Assembly (NCBI RefSeq): GCF_026571515.1
Contig: NW_026862663.1
Span: 310,001-374,000, forward strand
Direction of reading: 5' to 3'
DNA length: 64,000 nucleotides
Origin: Ruditapes philippinarum
Taxonomy: Eukaryota
Below the pieces are notes generated by a model, which was not told the origin of the DNA, ran no database searches, and worked only from the letters and a program-made list of their open reading frames with translations. Positions 14,064 to 27,640 of this stretch are shown in pieces. The translations under genes were made by a program, and so were the position numbers. Each line of letters starts with the position of its first letter. Within the stretch, counting starts at the first letter, position 1.

Positions 14064-14473
14064 TTAGTCTGAGTCTAGCTATAACGGACGTTAGAAGGGC
14101 TGCAACTGTGATGTGTATTCGTCAATTTCACCATGTTGTTTAACATAATGTTGTAGTGTTAATTTGACGTGCGTTTTTCATATTTGATACTGTCCTATGT
14201 TGTTTGACATAGTGTTGTAGAGTTTGGACGTTGGTAAGACATTATGCGTGATTAATATTTGACATAATCACCTTATTGATTGGCATCATGTTTAAGCTAT
14301 AGATTTGATGCTAGTAAGACTTCAAGCGTGAACATTGGTCAGACTATATACATGTGTGTTTTATATTAAACATGTTCTCCTTGTTGTTTGACATCATGTA
14401 GCTAAATTTTCAGTAAGACTGCAAACCTGATTCACATTTGCAGTGATGACATCAAGTTGTAGGTATAGTTTAC

Positions 14474-15000
14474 GTTGGTAAGACTGCATGCGTGTTACAT
14501 AATTGACATTGACACCACGTTGTTTGACATTGTGTTGTAGTTATAGTTTATGTTGGTAAGACTGCATGCGTGTTACATAATTGACATTGACACCATGTTG
14601 TCAGACATTGTGTTGTAGTTATAGTTTATGTTGGTAAGACTGCATGCGTGTTACATAATTGACATTGACACCATGTTGTCTGACATTGTGTTGTAGTTAT
14701 AGTTTATGTTGGTAAGACTGCATGCGTGTTACATAATTGACATTGACACCATGTTGTCTGACATTGTGTTGTAGTTATAGTTTATGTTGGTAAGACTGCA
14801 TGCGTGTTACATAATTGACATTGACACCATGTTGTCTGACATTGTGTTGTAGTTATAGTTTATGTTGGTAAGACTGCATGCGTGTTACATAATTGACATT
14901 GACACCATGTTGTCTGACATTGTGTTGTAGTTATAGTTTATGTTGGTAAGACTGCATGCGTGTTACATAATTGACATTGTCACTATGTTGTTTGACATTG
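14474..15000. repeat. 78-bp satellite, ~7 near-identical copies, with degenerate copies extending ~12950-15350
   Basis: gttggtaagactgcatgcgtgttacataattgacattg at 14474, 14552, 14630, 14708, 14786, 14864, 14942. Confidence 0.95.
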
Positions 15001-16412
15001 TAACTGGAGTTTGGAGATGACAATACTGTTAACGTGATTTATACTTGTCTTGTCATTGTATTTGTTACTGTAGACATCATATTGTAGCTATATTTTGAGC
15101 GTTAAGTAGTGTGAATGTGTTTTAAATTTGACTTTGTTAGAATGTCATACGAGGTGTGTTAGAAATACATACAGTTTTCGACATAGTGAAATTGTGTATG
15201 GTAACAACACCGAAATCTAAACAGAATAAAAACGATGCTAAAATGTCTGCTATGAAATAAGAGTAACATCAAATTTTGCATGTTGCATATTTGTCATATT
15301 CTGTTTTATCGAGGTGTATAGATGTTTTGAATTTGACATATTGTGTTATGTTACGCTTGTAGAATAATATCTCAACATGTGTTACATATTTTACATAAAT
15401 AGTGTTTATATTATATCTTGTTTGTTAGATTTTCAGTTTTAAAATATTATTGATCCGAGAATCTAACAACAAAAGCAGGTCTTTAGTTTAACCGACCATT
15501 CTTAACAACAACAACAACAACAACAACATCAACCAACCAAAACCTATTGAATGAAATGATAAAATGAAACTAAAATAACAATATTATTTACCTTTGTATA
15601 GTATCCCACATTTCACAATACACAGTGTATGCGATATAAGACACGCGGAAGTTTCTTTAACACTTAACTTAAACAACATTACACTTCACATGTTAACACT
15701 TTTCCCTATGAATGAAAAGTATATTAAATTAACTGATTAAGTTAACTGATTTATTATATTTAAAATAACAGATTTCACGAATGAAACCATTTTAGAGACA
15801 ACAAACAATACCCTTTTAAACATATGATGTTTTATAATAGCAAACATAAGCGTGTGTGCAAAATCAAGCATGCATGACCAAAATGTGTATGTGTGAGTAT
15901 GATTAATGCGGATAATAAATTCAATTGTTTTAGAATATTTCTTCGTACTTCGTATGTAACCATAGTTTTAATACCATAATAATTATTTAGCTCAACATTT
16001 TTGTTTAAAGTTTTTTATCTTTAAATATAATGTACACTAGCTACATTTAACTTGGTAAATTTAATCAACTCAATGATTGACACGGAAGTTAAGATAAATG
16101 ATTATATGTCTTACCTTAAAGCGATATCATTCACATGGGGGTTTTATCAATTATAATTCCTTCTTTGATTTGAATTTGACAATATGAAAAATCTCATACA
16201 CTTTGAACTGTAACCTATGAGCATTTGTAAGTACTCACATATTAGTACATGTAATACCACCCTGGCGCAAACTTCGAGTACTTTTTAAAACTAAAATTGT
16301 CCCAACATTCTCACGTTACCTTGCGGTTTAACAACATTAAAAACGCTGACATTCAGCCGTACCTTTAAAAGGTTATATCGGGGGTGTTACGTAAATACTG
16401 ATTTGGATAGCC

Positions 16413-16432
16413 CAGAGATATCTATGTCTCTG
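16413..16432. mobile_element. 20-bp palindromic insertion with 7-bp TSD
   Basis: GATAGCC|cagagatatctatgtctctg|GATAGCC. Confidence 0.6.
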
Positions 16433-16644
16433 GATAGCCATAAATGTCTCTCTTTTTTAACAATCACCAAAAAATAAAAAAAATGTTGTTGTTTTTTGTA
16501 TACTCCATGTAAATCACTATAGCATTCAACATGATTCAAATTGTCAAAATAAAAGAAAATATACTACATATCTCGGTATAGGTCTACATACTTTCATGTC
16601 CGGTGTGATCATAGAATTGTATACCAATTCGTGTTTCATATCCA

Positions 16645-17000
16645 ATATACTGAACAAATTACTGAACGGATGATTTGACGAATGACTAAAGTTGAACAAA
16701 TGACTGAATCTATGACTGAACAAATGGCTGAGCGTACGCCTTAACAAATGACTGAATGAAAGAGTGACTGAACGTATTATTCAGTATCGAACGTACAACC
16801 AATCGAATAACTAAACAAATGACTGACCGTTTGACTGAACGAATGACTGATTAATGACAGAAAATGGCTGAGCATGTGACTGAATGAAATGCTGAACAAA
16901 TATCTGGACGTTAAACTTTAAAAAAAATAGTTAAACGTATGGCCGACCGATCGACCGACTAAATCAATGAACAAATGACTGAACAAAAGACTGAACTAAA
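16645..17000. repeat. Degenerate ~12-bp minisatellite (tgactgaacaaa-like)
   Basis: Recurrent tgactgaa/ctgaacaaa motifs. Confidence 0.7.
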
Positions 17001-17991
17001 AGAGGCATTGACGATTTTGTTTGAAAGTGCAAAACTTTTCTTTATCTTTTTTTCTTTCTTCTTTCCGTGCAAATATTCTGTCTAGGATAGAGAATCCTAC
17101 ACTCAAATTACATTTTTTCCATTTATGTTTCTTGTTTTGCACTCATTGAATGTTGAAATAATGATGTATGTATAGTAATAAATGAATACACTATCTTGAC
17201 TCATCTCAACTATAGATCTATATATATTTCGAGCGCACATTTTCTTAAAATAAATATAGATTTAATCAAGTACACCTACAAATATCTTTGTCTACTTCTT
17301 ATATTTTAACAGAAATATTTCCAGACACTAGATATTCTGCTGATAGTGCAATCGCTGTTGACGTCAGCAATAAGAATACATGTACAAATGTACATATTTT
17401 AAAAACATTTAATGATAACATTTACAATGTTAAAGGGACTCCACAGGCATGTAGTTTTATAGACAGGACTAAACATTTTTTTCTCAATATTTGTGTTTGT
17501 GTGCAAACTCTCAGATCATTCTCTCACCTCGTTGTTTTGCACAACAATAATTTTTTTAGCTTTTCGCTCAAATCGAGCTGAAAATAGCTAAAACGATGTT
17601 AAATTTAACTCCGGGTAAAATTCTTTATTTATAAGTAAATCTATGTAAGAATTTCAAATTTAATGCTTTTTTCGGCTTTGAGATCTATATGTGAAGCTCC
17701 TTTAGAACGTTAAACAAAAAAACATTGCATGAAACCGAGAAAGTAATATATCTATAATGTGTCGATTCAGTTCTTTTAATACCATAAATTACAGCGCCCA
17801 TCATCCAAGAATCATGTTCATTACAATAGTTTTTTTAATTGAAATAGCGAAAATAGAGGATCTATTATATGATCAAGTAAACAAATGATATATAGCTAGT
17901 AAAAGACACTTTCATGTAAATAACATAAACGACGCTCATATAATTAGTAATAACATAGATCTTATTATTATATACTTAATTAAGTTTTTTT

Positions 17992-18124
17992 CACAGGAAC
18001 TTGAAATTCTATCAATATTAATTAATGATAATATCCAAAATATATCCCCCTATACAGTATAAATAATATAGGGGGTATATTTTGGATATTATCATTAATA
18101 TTGATAGAATTTCAAGTTCCTGTG
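17992..18124. mobile_element. 133-bp near-perfect hairpin MITE with CACAG...CTGTG termini
   Basis: cacaggaacttgaaattctatcaatattaa...ttaatattgatagaatttcaagttcctgtg, ~60-bp arms; T-rich flanks leave the TSD uncertain. Confidence 0.7.
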
Positions 18125-18718
18125 GGTTTTTTTTTAAATGAAACAAGTAGTTAACATAGAACTGATGCTATTTAAGGGCACAAACTCTATGCCTTGGGAC
18201 TATATTTAGATGAGTGGTTACTTCCCTTGAATGGATAAATTGTTTTGCCATTCGTGTGCTAATACAAAATGCTGCTAGATCTATCACAGTTTCATCGAGA
18301 ACAAGCCTTTTCTAACTCAACAGTGACTAGTTCTAATTTAGTTCTAATCGAGCTCTTATGCAGACGCTTTTCATTATTAGTCTAGATCTAGATCTATAGA
18401 TTTCTATAGAACAAAGCATTCGACACACGATGTCTTTTTAATTCGATATCAATAATTAAGTGTTTGCACAATAGTGAATTTATGAAATATATTGTAAGTA
18501 TACATAATAAATCTAGATCTATAATAATTAAAAATAATACGAACCAGTTCAACGTTCCTGTTTGACTGAGATGACGTAGTAACCATGTGATTGGGTGTTC
18601 TATATTTAGATCATCACTGCTTTGAAAGGTGAAGAAATGTTCGCAAATTAGAACGGGTTCCGTTTTGAGAGACAACAAAAACCAAAACCAAAAACCTTAA
18701 ACATAATTTGATAAAGCT

Positions 18719-18878
18719 CTTTTACCACTATCAAATGACAGTCTTGTTAAGAAATACACATGTTTTCAGTGACATTGGCCTCCTTCCAGGAGAATATGAT
18801 ACGAAAATACACCCATGGACAACGATGGGAATTCCGAATGTCATTACTAAGATCACGGAGCCTACAAACTAGGTGAAC
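18719..18878 (+). pseudogene. Decayed Ty3/Gypsy pol fragment (region just upstream of RT)
   Basis: Translates as PLSNDSLVKKY.../FSDIGLLPGEYDTKIHP...VITKITEPTN*VN. This resembles the Gypsy motifs VFxGLGxLPGEYHIxI and VIxKVxEPTDWVN, with a frameshift, a stop and an internal deletion. Confidence 0.55.
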
Positions 18879-19339
18879 GGCTAAGGTACCGATCGGATAT
18901 CAGCAGACATTTAAAGACTTGATATTGAAATAAATATAGAAATATACTGACTACACGATGGTTTACATTTAATTACTAGTAATTGAAGTAGAACTCAGAA
19001 AAAAAATTCAATTAATAACCACTACGGCAAGCATTACTTAAAAAATGTCGTAGAATAGGCATATGGTTAAATGTTATATAACAGAAATCGACGAGAGTGA
19101 AATTTCTTTCTTTCAGCAAATCTTCTAAGGTCAGCTTGTCTGCACAGTGCTTATGTAAGAGAACAAGACTGTCTCATTTTGGTTCAAAGGCATTTACTTA
19201 AACAGTAAACAATTATAGTGGAATTGAAAAAGAATTGTATGCCGTTTTATTTGGCTGCAAACTTTATCTTTAGTATGTAAATGGATGGGCAAATCATCTG
19301 TCAAACAAGTCATAAGCCTTTACTGGCTGCGTTTAAGAA

Positions 19340-19580
19340 AGGACTGCATTCGGCACACCCTAAGCAAGTATACAGTGGCTAAAATATGATATATTGATGC
19401 ACGTATCAAGTATTACATTTGCAGATCTGTCACGCAAGTATTTTACAAAAGCAAACCCAGAAAATAATTTAAATTCAGGCAAAGATGATTGTATACATGA
19501 CAAATTTACCCATAATCGACTATTGATGCAATGAAAATGAAACAAAAATGCTCTCAAATACAATTGCTTATATAGATTAT
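19340..19580 (-). pseudogene. Possible heavily decayed LINE reverse-transcriptase fragment
   Basis: KQLYLRAFL..HCINSRLWVNL ... KYLRDRSANV ... GVPNAVLS follows the order of the non-LTR RT motifs AFD..LW.KL / YL.DR...V / GVPQGSVLS. Confidence 0.3.
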
Positions 19581-21429
19581 CACTGACGGTTGTTAAAATG
19601 ATATTCCGGAACATTGAGATGTGTATATAGAGGATATAATCTTAAAAGGTTAAAATATCCTAATTTCCAAAGAACTGAGACAATGAAATCACGAGGACCA
19701 TCTTGGAAAAAAAATGTCACCAGCCTTGTTTGACCAAACATAAGATCAAAATATTTAAAGGGCCAACTTGCAAAGAGCATATATGCTCAAATACAAAAGA
19801 GCTTTTAATAAATACTAAATAGAATTACAGATAAGCAATGACAAACATGCGTGTAAGATTTTATGTTATGTTGATATGTAAAAATGTAGATACACAATCA
19901 TATAATGTATCTGTATATTTTTTACTGATAATAATTTCAATACTTGTATTATCATACAACAAAAAACCTAACTCATTATAGTAAGCAATTATTGTCTCAG
20001 TGGAATAAACAGAAACAGTGTTGCATATTACATACATGTAGCAGGAAGTCAGATCAATCCACCTAGACATGAATCATTCATCCTATACTGCCTAAATAAA
20101 TCAGATAAATTATCTGACATTTCACTGACCGTAACTTGAGAAAAATATGAAAGCGAGTACATTCTAAGAGATGTTGTGATATGGGAGACAACTCAGTCAT
20201 GTTTTATATGAAAATTAAACATGAGTTACTGTTACTGGTTATGCATCCCCTTAATAACACAGTTCAATGTCGTATCTTAGTGATTATTTATTATGCGTTA
20301 AATGGTTTTATTCGTATAAAGATTTTTTGGTCTATAGAGAGATCTTAAGATGAAAATGAAGTACTTAATCACACATCAACGACCGTAAACTAGGTGTAGC
20401 CTAATTCCACTCCCTATCTTACGATAATTGGGGCATCACTACTCAATAGAAAGGTCAAACTATTACTTCCTAACAGAACCCCATTTCCCTTAATTCTAAA
20501 TACATGTATCTTGTATCTACAGTACGGTATATGTTCAGCGAGGACTTTGATAAATAAACCATTTATAGTAAGAGATGTGTGAAGTTGGCGAAAGAAGTTC
20601 TATTGTAAATCTGTTATTCATTAAACCACACATCCAAGACCGATTAGCAATTATTTCATTACCCGTGTAGAGATCTCAGATATATGTTACAATAGTAACA
20701 TATAATGCTCCGTTTACATCTTGTACCGATACATAGAAAAACTCTTGTTGTTCGGTTGCTTATGTATGTTAGTCAAACTTGTGGCATATAAATATATAGC
20801 TACTGCTCTTTATATTTATGTGAAATAATTATGTTATAAAGTACCTATTAAAAGAACAAACATACACATTAATATAATAAAAACACTTACGATTCACGCC
20901 AGACATTATGCATTTATCCTTTAGTTCAACATATGTAACACGCATAGGGTTTCCTATGTTTACATTACAATAGTTTAACAGTGAGTAAATCTATTTCCAG
21001 GAAATTTCAGGTAAATAAATGAAATGCAGTAATGTATAAACAGAACTAAAGAGAATATGTTCCAAATCCATAATATATGTGTAAATCAGTTGCTGAATGT
21101 ATAGATCTACTATCATTTCAAATACCAATAAATACTATACAAAAACAGTTATAATCCGTTCATAAAAGGTTACAGTTAATAGCGTGGTACAGAGAGAAAT
21201 CCCCAATGTATGACAAAATAGCTCACATGTAATTACATCCGAGATCACAATAACTCGATATATGCAACATTTAAATATTGTTGCAATGTTTCCCCTGGCA
21301 CTTGAATCCTAATTTTAATTAAGGACTTCCAGTGGAAATGTCGTGGTTACAATCTTTTCTACTCCATTGATTAAAATTTATGAACGTGTTAACATAATAA
21401 TATTACATCTTAACATAATATTATACTAG

Positions 21430-21469
21430 CAGAGATATATAAACATATATTGTTATATTTAGCTCCATG
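21430..21469. mobile_element. 40-bp insertion with 7-bp TSD
   Basis: ATACTAG|cagagatatataaac...tttagctccatg|ATACTAG. Confidence 0.55.
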
Positions 21470-22463
21470 ATACTAGTATCTTAAAAAAAAGTTCACGAAA
21501 AAAATCATGTTTTAGTGTTACATACCAGTTGATTTTTCCATATATTCCTTAATGATCTAGAATCATATAGATTTTGCTTTACAGCTACATAAAATTATTG
21601 GTGAAAGTTCCTTTACTCTAGCCGTATACTAGTGTAACTGATTTCTTAGATATTTTCATTACAATCTGGCATTGCGCCCTTAACAGATGTTCCGGTCTGG
21701 AATACTACATTATCCTCGCAGTATAAAACTGTCCCTCTGTGAATAAACGAATAGAGTTTTTGATTGATTTGATTAGTTTAAACAAATTGTATACATATAA
21801 ACAGTACTTAGCATGAACCAGAACTGGAAACAGCTATGAAAGAACCCTATAAAAACAATGTGCATAAAATACAGAAACCCAAAGCAATTAATGTATACTT
21901 ATGAATGCAAAACATAAAAGTCTCACAGAGTCTAAATGAAAAAAGTGAAAGACATAAAAGATTGACACTCTTTAGACATTTCAGATGATAATAATGATAA
22001 TACTGGTGTTTTCTCTTGAAAATTAGATTTGGTATCAATTAGCTAGTATATGTGTGTGTGCTTCATTCATTTATTTCTATTCCTTTTATGCCTTTTATGC
22101 CAATGCATGTATGTCTAGTTGTCTGTCTGTATGACTGAGGCATACCTGTTTTATTTAAATGTATAGAACTTGGAAACAACCATGCAGGAACTCCTTTTTT
22201 TAGTATGACCTTGATACCTTATATAAATTAACAACCTTGATATTTCAAATTCAGGAACATTAATCATAATATGTGCTTAACTTGTAAGAATTCGAAACAT
22301 ATTTAACATTATGATTACTGAGCAAGATAACTGATACGTGACGTCTGATATACCTATCTGCACCAGGTATCCAGGTAGAGAATATCAGCATGGTAGAACA
22401 AAGGAAATGCCGTCTGCTGCAGTGCTGATAAATATATGAGCAGAGTCGTGTTACTATTATTAC

Positions 22464-22508
22464 CAGAGATGTAGATAACTTGTTGATATGATGTTATCTA
22501 TGTCTCTG
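22464..22508. mobile_element. 45-bp palindromic insertion with 7-bp TSD
   Basis: TTATTAC|cagagatgtagataac...gttatctatgtctctg|TTATTAC. Confidence 0.7.
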
Positions 22509-23617
22509 TTATTACCAATTAATTAATATACGTTTCTTATAATTTAAATTAATGTAAATACGCATATCATCCAGGCTCACGACATAATGACAAAAAGTGC
22601 ATTACTAAATATGTACGTGTATTTATATTATTATTTCTCTTCACCTTTACCATAAACATATACTGCTTAAGCCAGTGGTAGATGGCGTGGACGGTAGCTT
22701 GCGTTTGCTATTGTCGTCCATGAACAGGGTCAATGAAACCGTGCCTGCAGCATTTTCAGTTTTGCCGTTTTGGGCGTTTTTTAGGTGTTTATTATTTGTC
22801 AGATCAAAATTAAGCATATCACTAGCTTTCTATGAGTACCATTTTTGACAATGTGATACACATAACAGATATTAATGATCACCTATTGGAGGAAGTACTG
22901 ATTAAGCTAACATTGACCCCTTTTAGGTGTCTCATTTACTTGTTTTTAGGTTTGAGTTTATAAATTTTGTAATCATTGGACATGTCATTAGACTTTTCCA
23001 CAGTGTTGAGAATGACTGATGGTGGCACCCATTTTTGCGTATCAAATTGAAGCTAATGCATCCATTTTAAGCCTTTAATCATTAGAACCAGTCTACAAAA
23101 ATTGCTATGCGCATGCTTCGCTTCAAATACGGCTTAAATTAAACGAAAAATTAACATCGAAGTGAACAAAATCGGTACAATTAAGGAAAAATCAGAAATA
23201 TCATTTGCAATTGTTCATTTCGTTTTTATTCCTTTAAACTGTTTAAATCGATCATTGTTTTCTGAATAGTGTTCCGGAAAATAGTAACAGTGGAGTCATT
23301 ATAGCTACAATCTCACCATGCACTATTATATCGGAAATTGTGCTGCTCCTTTAACTTTTGAACCGGTATGACTAAATCAAGTTTGAGTTTTTTTGTGTTT
23401 TTTTTTTGGCGCAAATGGCACAAACTTTGTTCACTTTGATTTTCTACTGTTTATTCCAATCAAATGATATATGCATTTGTATGTAAATCTTAAAATTGTT
23501 TCATTAACATACTTTATGGCCGTTTTGGAAAATCTCTGTTGCAGAGGAAATGTTTCCATACATGTATACTTTCCAAAGCATTAAACCAAAATTTGATTAT
23601 TGAATCTTACAAGAAAC

Positions 23618-24272
23618 TTTTTATGCTCCCCGAAAAATTTCGGGGTAGCATAACGTCCCCGCCTTGTCCGTCCGTCCGCTTTTCTTGTCTAGGACATTAC
23701 TTTGAAACAACAAGAGGTATCAACATGAAACTTTGTAGGTAGATAGATAGATCTCATTGAGTAGGTGTGCAGAGCACAAGAACCGTAACTCTGCCTTGCC
23801 TAATTTTTTAATTATTCCCCTTTGTATATTTTTACACTTTGAACTTTGTCCGGGACATAACTCTAAAACTATAAGAGGTATCAACATGAAACTTTGTAGG
23901 TAGAAAGATCTCATTGAGTAGGTGTGCAGTGCACTCGAACCGTAACTCTGCCTTGTCTAATTTTTTAATTATCCCCCTTTGTTTATTTTACACTTTGAAC
24001 TTTGTCGGGGACATAACTCTAAATGTATAAGAGGTATCAACATGAAACTTTGTAGGTAGAAAGATCTCATTTAGTAGGTGTGCAGTGCACTCGAACCGTA
24101 ACTCTGCCTTGCCTAATTTTTTAATTATTCCCCTTTGTTTATTTTTACACTTTGAACTTTGTCCAGGACATAACTCTAAAACTATAAGAGGTATCAACAT
24201 GAAACTTTGTAGGTAGATAGATCTCATTAAGTAGGTTTGCAGTGCACAAGAACTGTAACACTGTCTTGCCTA
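23618..24272. mobile_element. Helentron-associated (HINE/pearl-like) element with an internal ~157-bp tandem array; far end truncated
   Basis: T-run, then hairpin atgctccccgaaa..tttcggggtagcat, a (GTCC)3 microsatellite and ~3.6 units (aagaggtatcaacatgaaactttgtagg at ~23712, 23873, 24029, 24187). Confidence 0.75.
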
Positions 24273-24522
24273 CTTCATTTATATATTTTCCTACAAGAAG
24301 AACGTTCACCTGCAAATGAGTATAAGGATTGGTAATGGAACTGTTGTAAACGATTATCCTATTGATTTTATCCATATTACGTTTATCTATTGCACAGAAT
24401 GATTGTTTTACAAAGTGTACCAGTATCCGGATGTTGAAAGGTATCCGATTTTCTTCAATTACTGATGCCACGTGGCCGTCTAACGTTTTATGAATACGTT
24501 ACCATTACTTTGCATGGCTTAA

Positions 24523-25307
24523 GGTAGACCATGGGTAATGCATTACCTCCACTTTGAAGAGTATTCAAATAGGCTAGAATCGCTTGTAAACTACATTGAA
24601 ATTGAGGGGCGTGGGTTCAAACCCCAGAAGTGGCAACTTTTTTTTCTTTCTTTTTAACATTATTTATGTATCTCTCTGATCCCTTATGGAAGAAAAAAAG
24701 TTTGATTTCAATTATATAATTATTTTAGGTATTTTTTTGCTAAAAAATGCCAAAATTTATAGCAAATATGATACCAGATATTTTCAAAGTTCGATAAAAT
24801 AAAAACTACACGGTAAAAGTATTTTATATTTCGCATGATCAACTAATATACCTTTAACAAAATTTAGGCAAACTTTGAGAACAGTCCCTCATTTCGATAA
24901 ATTTTAGGGATATTTTGAATAAGGCATTTTAGATAGGGAAATGGTAAAATTAGTGTTAAAAGTGGGTGGGGTAGGGTATCATTTTCATACATATTAAGAA
25001 CATTTTGTTTAGAAACAAACATTTTGCTTGTGTAATGTGTTACCTGAATGTTATTATTTGTTTCTTAACAATGAGCAATAGAAAAACATTTTTCATAATG
25101 ATGATATTACAGATTATTTACAATTTCCTCATTTCTGAAAATAAGCCCTTCTAATGGCAAAGTCTTAGTTAAGAAATATATCCATAACTCATAAACCACA
25201 CGGTAAATTTTATTTAAATTTTGCATACAGGTGACATTGAAGACATATAACTGTCCTATGTTGTCAATTTTACAGTTCCTTATGGTGCCCATTACCCATG
25301 GTCTACC
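24523..25307. mobile_element. Non-autonomous TTAA-specific DNA element (Kolobok-like), 785 bp
   Basis: TTAA|GGTAGACCATGGGTAATG ... CATTACCCATGGTCTACC|TTAA, perfect 18-bp TIRs. Purine (GG) termini fit Kolobok better than piggyBac. Contains a B-box-like gggttcaaaccc at ~24613. Confidence 0.75.
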
Positions 25308-25951
25308 TTAATAAAACTGAGCCTGCAACATTTCATAATTTTGCTGTTTATGGTGTTCTTTTGGGTTTCAGGTTTTCTCTATTTTAAGGGGAAGTAACTC
25401 ATGTTTACTAAAGTATTTGTTCTTTTCTGTCTATCTTAGGTATTACTTACTATTTTTGTTTTATAAAATTTACCAGTTGTAAGGTCATCAAAAGCATAGA
25501 GGCCCTGAGGATTGAATATTGATAGATTTTTTTACTAGCTTTATATACCTTAGACTGGATTTTTCTAGCTTGATCAGTTAGTGCATACCTACAGGTTTTT
25601 CGCTACAGGAATCTTCTAATCACTATGTGAAACTAATTATCATGTTCTATGTGTTTGTATATAAATTGTTAATAAAATGAAAGGTAGAAAATTAAAGCTA
25701 TGCATATAGGTGCTCATGTCCATATATTGAAACAGAAAAAGGATAACATCCTGAAGTTATCAATTTTAAACACTTGATATATATGCAGTTAATTATATAG
25801 TAAAGTTTTGGGCATGATGCTCTTTGTTATTTGCATTCCTTATTTTAATAAAGATCTACAATTCAGAAACGGCTCATGTATTAGCGACAATCAATGTAGA
25901 CCACAACGATATTCGAAATCCGGGTTTTAGTATTGCCAATAAAGCTAAGGA

Positions 25952-26190
25952 ACAAGCTGTTAATTAAACTGAGCCTGCAATTTCGTGAAAATAATATCAC
26001 AATGCACATGCTTTTTACATAAAGTCATTAAATACAAATATAACAACATATTTGTTTACTTGATTTTTACGAATCAAAATAAAACTAATTAACACAACAT
26101 GACATTAACTGCTAATAATAACAGCTCCTTCCATAGGCCAAAATAAAAAGCATTCCATAAGAGACGACGCCGCTCACCGGCGTCGCCAAT
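25952..26190 (+). repeat. Young ~235-bp dispersed repeat ending in a GC-rich hairpin; inverted copy at 56931-57164
   Basis: Only a few mismatches to the reverse complement of 56931-57164; terminal hairpin gacgacgccg-ctcac-cggcgtcgcc. Confidence 0.9.
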
Positions 26191-26743
26191 AATGTATGTT
26201 ACGGTACATGTAGTTTCGGCACTATTTCATTGCCCCTAATGTACAGACTCAACCAAACCGAGCCTGCAATTTTCATGTATTTTTTTTGCTGATTTGAATG
26301 CTTCCGAGACATCCTTTCCATTTTAGTATGGGAGTATCCTCACTTACTTTAAAGTAAGTCCCAGACAAAAGTTAAGGAGTAATAATAATAATAATACGCG
26401 ATTTGCGCAATCCGTGTTTATTCATACATGTATTTACAATTTTTTATAAATTTGTAAAGATTTAGTTATAAGTGTAAAACATATTTATGTTATATTGGCA
26501 ATGAATATTAATACATGTGTACCTAATTAATGTTAAATATTGAATTGGCCAGATACATTTTGTAGGTATACATCACAACAGTAGGTAGACTTTTATTTGA
26601 CATTGGGGAAAAAAATTGTCAACTATTCAAGGCATTAAATTTCTATTTGTTGACATGTTAAGTTCCCTAAGCATAGGTTAGACTGTATCCATTCTGCCGT
26701 GGGTTCTGTGCATTCATACTATTGTGTTGGAGGTCCTTATCTG

Positions 26744-26872
26744 ACATAGTATCTCGTGTCCACGACTTAATTATCTCGTGGCCACGACTTAGTAACTCGT
26801 GGCCACGACATAGTATCTCGTTCCCACGACTTAACTGTCTCGTGGCCACGACATAGTATCTCGTGCGCACGA
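26744..26872. repeat. 21-22-bp minisatellite, ~6 copies of acatagtatctcgtggccacg
   Basis: Read directly; units are contiguous with no unique spacers. Confidence 0.85.
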
Positions 26873-27569
26873 GATAGATAAAAACACACATGTCACCTTT
26901 GTGCCACTGTAGTTTTGGGCTTTCTTTGTGGATTCTGTTTTTCTCTATTTTAAAAACATATCTTGATAATCCTCGTGATACCTGGGTGAAAATAGTCATA
27001 TATTTGTCTGTTTTTGTTGTTTTTGTTTTTTCCCCATACAAATGAATAAATTCAATGTAAATACTTTATTAATTTTATAATAATAATAATAATTTTGATT
27101 TTAATTTTATGTTATTGGATACATATTATGATATGCTATTATTTTTTCTTTCCCATTTTATTCACTACAATACTGTATTTTACATTGGAAAGTCACACGT
27201 AGTCGTTTATAATGAAGTTTAATAAACTGGGATTAATGACTCGTGTAATAGAGATAACCCTCTCGCGGTAGTATAACAATTTTTATTTATTATTTCCCTT
27301 TACTTGTACAGTATTCATATTAAGAAAATGAATTTTAAAAATATCAACAACAAAAAATGCTGGAAAAAATTAAATATAGCCTAAACTTCGCGGGTATGCA
27401 ATTGAATGACAGATGTCATTTAACCAGCACGTTGATTACTGTACTCTAATACGTATATTTTATATTAAATTCATGGAAGGAACTGGTTACTTCTGTACAT
27501 GCAAGAGCAGAGGTACAGTGCGAAAGACCGTAGACAGGAGTTCACGATCAATCACAACGGAAGTGACCT

Positions 27570-27640
27570 GCGACGTCCGGGAATCGAACCCGGGTAGTCC
27601 GATTCACAGTCTAACGCTCTACTTATTGAGCCAACCGGAC
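27570..27640 (-). pseudogene. tRNA-derived sequence (SINE head or tRNA pseudogene)
   Basis: Minus strand gtccggttggctcaataagtagagcgttagactgtgaatcggactacccgggttcgattcccgg has A- and B-box-like motifs, a T-arm and a GTG anticodon-loop-like heptamer, but the acceptor stem does not pair. Confidence 0.55.

Noticed and set aside
17359-17366. Isolated CRE palindrome TGACGTCA (another at 31628)
   Set aside because: One or two 8-mers are expected by chance in 64 kb and there is no promoter context.
26744-26872. CRISPR-like short repeat array (14474-15000 and 49465-50255 also considered)
   Set aside because: Units are contiguous with no unique spacers, there are no cas genes, and the context is eukaryotic with introns.
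27570-27640. Functional tRNA-His(GTG)
   Set aside because: Acceptor stem does not pair and the anticodon stem is imperfect; treated as a tRNA-derived relic.
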